Shown: positions 62,623 to 64,000 of the stretch, piece after piece | How the letters are laid out: each line of letters starts with the position of its first letter | Numbering within the stretch: the first letter of the stretch is position 1 | Source of the DNA: Oscillospiraceae bacterium | GTDB taxonomy: Bacteria > Bacillota > Clostridia > Oscillospirales > Oscillospiraceae | Assembly (NCBI GenBank): GCA_017449185.1 | Contig: JAFSJZ010000048.1 | Span: forward strand, 2,937-66,936 | Reading direction: 5' to 3' | DNA: 64,000 nucleotides | Notes under the pieces: model-generated | Told to the model about the DNA's origin: nothing | What the model saw: only the letters and a program-made list of their open reading frames with translations | Database searches by the model: none | Translations under genes and position numbers: made by a program

Positions 62623-63681
62623 TCAATCCAAAAGAGTTCCGTCGAAGCATTCCGGCGGGAGACAGTCGGCCAGGCCGACGAGCAGCGTTCCGACGTCGGC
62701 GGGCCCCTCCGGCTGCGGCGCGCCGAGCGAGGCTCCGCCGACGTGCCGTGAGAGCGATACCCGCGCCGAGGTGCCGCTTCCCGCGCGGCTCTCGATCAAC
62801 AGCGTGCCCTCGTGCAGACGGGCGACGCCGCGCACGACGCTCAGCCCCAGACCCGCGCCGCGGCTCATGCCGTCGAGCGCAAAGCCGTCGCGATAGCGCT
62901 CGAACACGCCGCCCATCGCCTCCTCGCCGATCCCGCAGCCGTCATCGCTGACCGACAGGATCAGATGCGTAGGCGTGGGCGTGATACGCAGCGTGACGCG
63001 GCTTAAGCCCTCAGCATGGACGAGGCAGTTGGAGATCAGGTTGAAGATCATCTGCTCGAGCAGCACGCGGTCGCCCGTCAGGCAGGTTTCACCCTCGGCA
63101 AAGAGCTCAAAGCGGATATCGCCGCGCAGAAGCGACACACTCTCAACGATCGAGCGGCACAGCGCCGCGAGGTCGAGCACCGACAGGGTCGCCTTCAGAT
63201 CGTCCGAGGCGACGCCGCGCACGACGGCGGCGTTGTCCAGCAGGCGAGAGATGCGGAACACGCCCGCGCGCATCGCGCGCAGACCGTCCGCCAGCTCCGC
63301 GTCGCCAAGCTTTTCACAGCGCGCACGGCAGAGCTCTTCGGACAGACGCAGATTCATCAGCGCGCTGCGCAGGGAATAGAGCAGCGCGTCGTTCACCGGC
63401 GCGGCGGAGAGACCGCCCTCCGACAGAAAGAAAGCCTGCATATCCTCAAGCTTCGAGGTACGCACGCTCAGTCGCTTCCCGCCAAAAGTCGTATCGGCGG
63501 CAAAGAGACGCGCCTGCGCCTCGGCGATCTCGGGCGGAAACAGCTCGCGCAGCGTCCTGCCGACACAGTCGGAGCCGACGAGCTTTTCCGCGCGGCTGTT
63601 GGCGTAGAGGATCCTGCCGCCGCGCACGAGCATGACCGCTTCGTTCGAAAGCGAGAGCACCTTCGAGGAAACCGTAAGCAT
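62623..63681 (-). CDS. Cytoplasmic histidine-kinase-like ATPase (PAS-like N-terminus, HATPase_c) lacking the H-box histidine
   Basis: N box LISNCLVHA, G1 DDGCGI, F VFERY and G2 GAGLGLSVV are present. The H-box position reads LLYSLRSAL. Confidence 0.8.
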   Translation of the reverse strand: MLTVSSKVLSLSNEAVMLVRGGRILYANSRAEKLVGSDCVGRTLRELFPPEIAEAQARLFAADTTFGGKRLSVRTSKLEDMQAFFLSEGGLSAAPVNDALLYSLRSALMNLRLSEELCRARCEKLGDAELADGLRAMRAGVFRISRLLDNAAVVRGVASDDLKATLSVLDLAALCRSIVESVSLLRGDIRFELFAEGETCLTGDRVLLEQMIFNLISNCLVHAEGLSRVTLRITPTPTHLILSVSDDGCGIGEEAMGGVFERYRDGFALDGMSRGAGLGLSVVRGVARLHEGTLLIESRAGSGTSARVSLSRHVGGASLGAPQPEGPADVGTLLVGLADCLPPECFDGTLLD

Positions 63682-63949
63682 ATGACCACCCACTCTCTGT
63701 CAGAAAATCCCATTTCAATGCTATTCTAACAAAAGCCGACAAAATAAACAATACCCGGGGTTCTTTTTTGCCGATCCGGGCATCAATTTCGGCAATTTTT
63801 GTGCGTCCGCATGCGAATGAAAACTTGCTTTTTGCCAATAGTATATGATACAATTTATAAAGTCAGTAAGGGAGAATTTGCCTTTCCTGCTGTTTGTGTG
63901 TCAACACAGCCCGATATGTTATTTTTATAAAAACGGAGGATAGAATTCA

Positions 63950-64000
63950 TGATCAAAGTCGGCATCAACGGTTTTGGCCGCATCGGTTCCCTCGCGTTCC
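63950..64000 (+). CDS. gap: Glyceraldehyde-3-phosphate dehydrogenase, N-terminal 17 codons (3'-truncated by the window)
   Basis: RBS GGAGGA. MIKVGINGFGRIGSLAF is the canonical GAPDH N-terminus. Confidence 0.8.

Overview
This is a 64-kb chromosomal segment from a high-GC, Gram-positive, spore-forming Clostridia-like bacterium. GC was judged by eye as above 60% in most genes. The taxonomic call is an inference from spoIIR, ymdB, yhaO/yhaN-like genes, hemZ, a CarD-like gene and GGAGG-type RBSs. About 58 protein genes can be supported, most of them housekeeping or transport. They include a TldD/PmbA pair, a GntR-ABC module, a nucleoside phosphorylase-asparaginase-flavoprotein operon, a VTC/DUF4956/beta-helix lipoprotein operon, pdxK, an Opp-type ABC importer, a GH13 glucosidase, ispE, argS-arcA-arcB, and MATE/MFS exporters. 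Seven tRNA genes are present: Gln-CUG, a Gly-Arg-His-Gln-Lys cluster, and Arg-ACG. Five things stand out. (i) A tyrosine integrase abuts the 3' end of tRNA-Gln at the left window edge. (ii) A conserved non-coding module lies downstream of tRNA-Lys and tRNA-Arg(ACG). It carries an inverted copy and a direct copy of the cognate tRNA T-arm/3' end and borders AT-richer islets at about 18.06-23.77 kb and 40.05-42.2 kb. (iii) One apparent operon encodes a dedicated Tat system, a Tat-signal lipoprotein FMN_bind/FAD reductase, an FMN_bind::NrfA pentahaem nitrite-reductase fusion and System II cytochrome c maturation. No NrfH/NrfBCD-type partner is present. (iv) CTAG-rich arms with stops in all frames flank two bidirectional terminators and supply the last codons of neighbouring genes. 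(v) A leader-peptide/terminator-antiterminator attenuator sits in front of an MFS exporter. No rRNA gene, CRISPR array or transposase was seen. Many long ORFs in the track are antisense shadows of high-GC genes and were not called.
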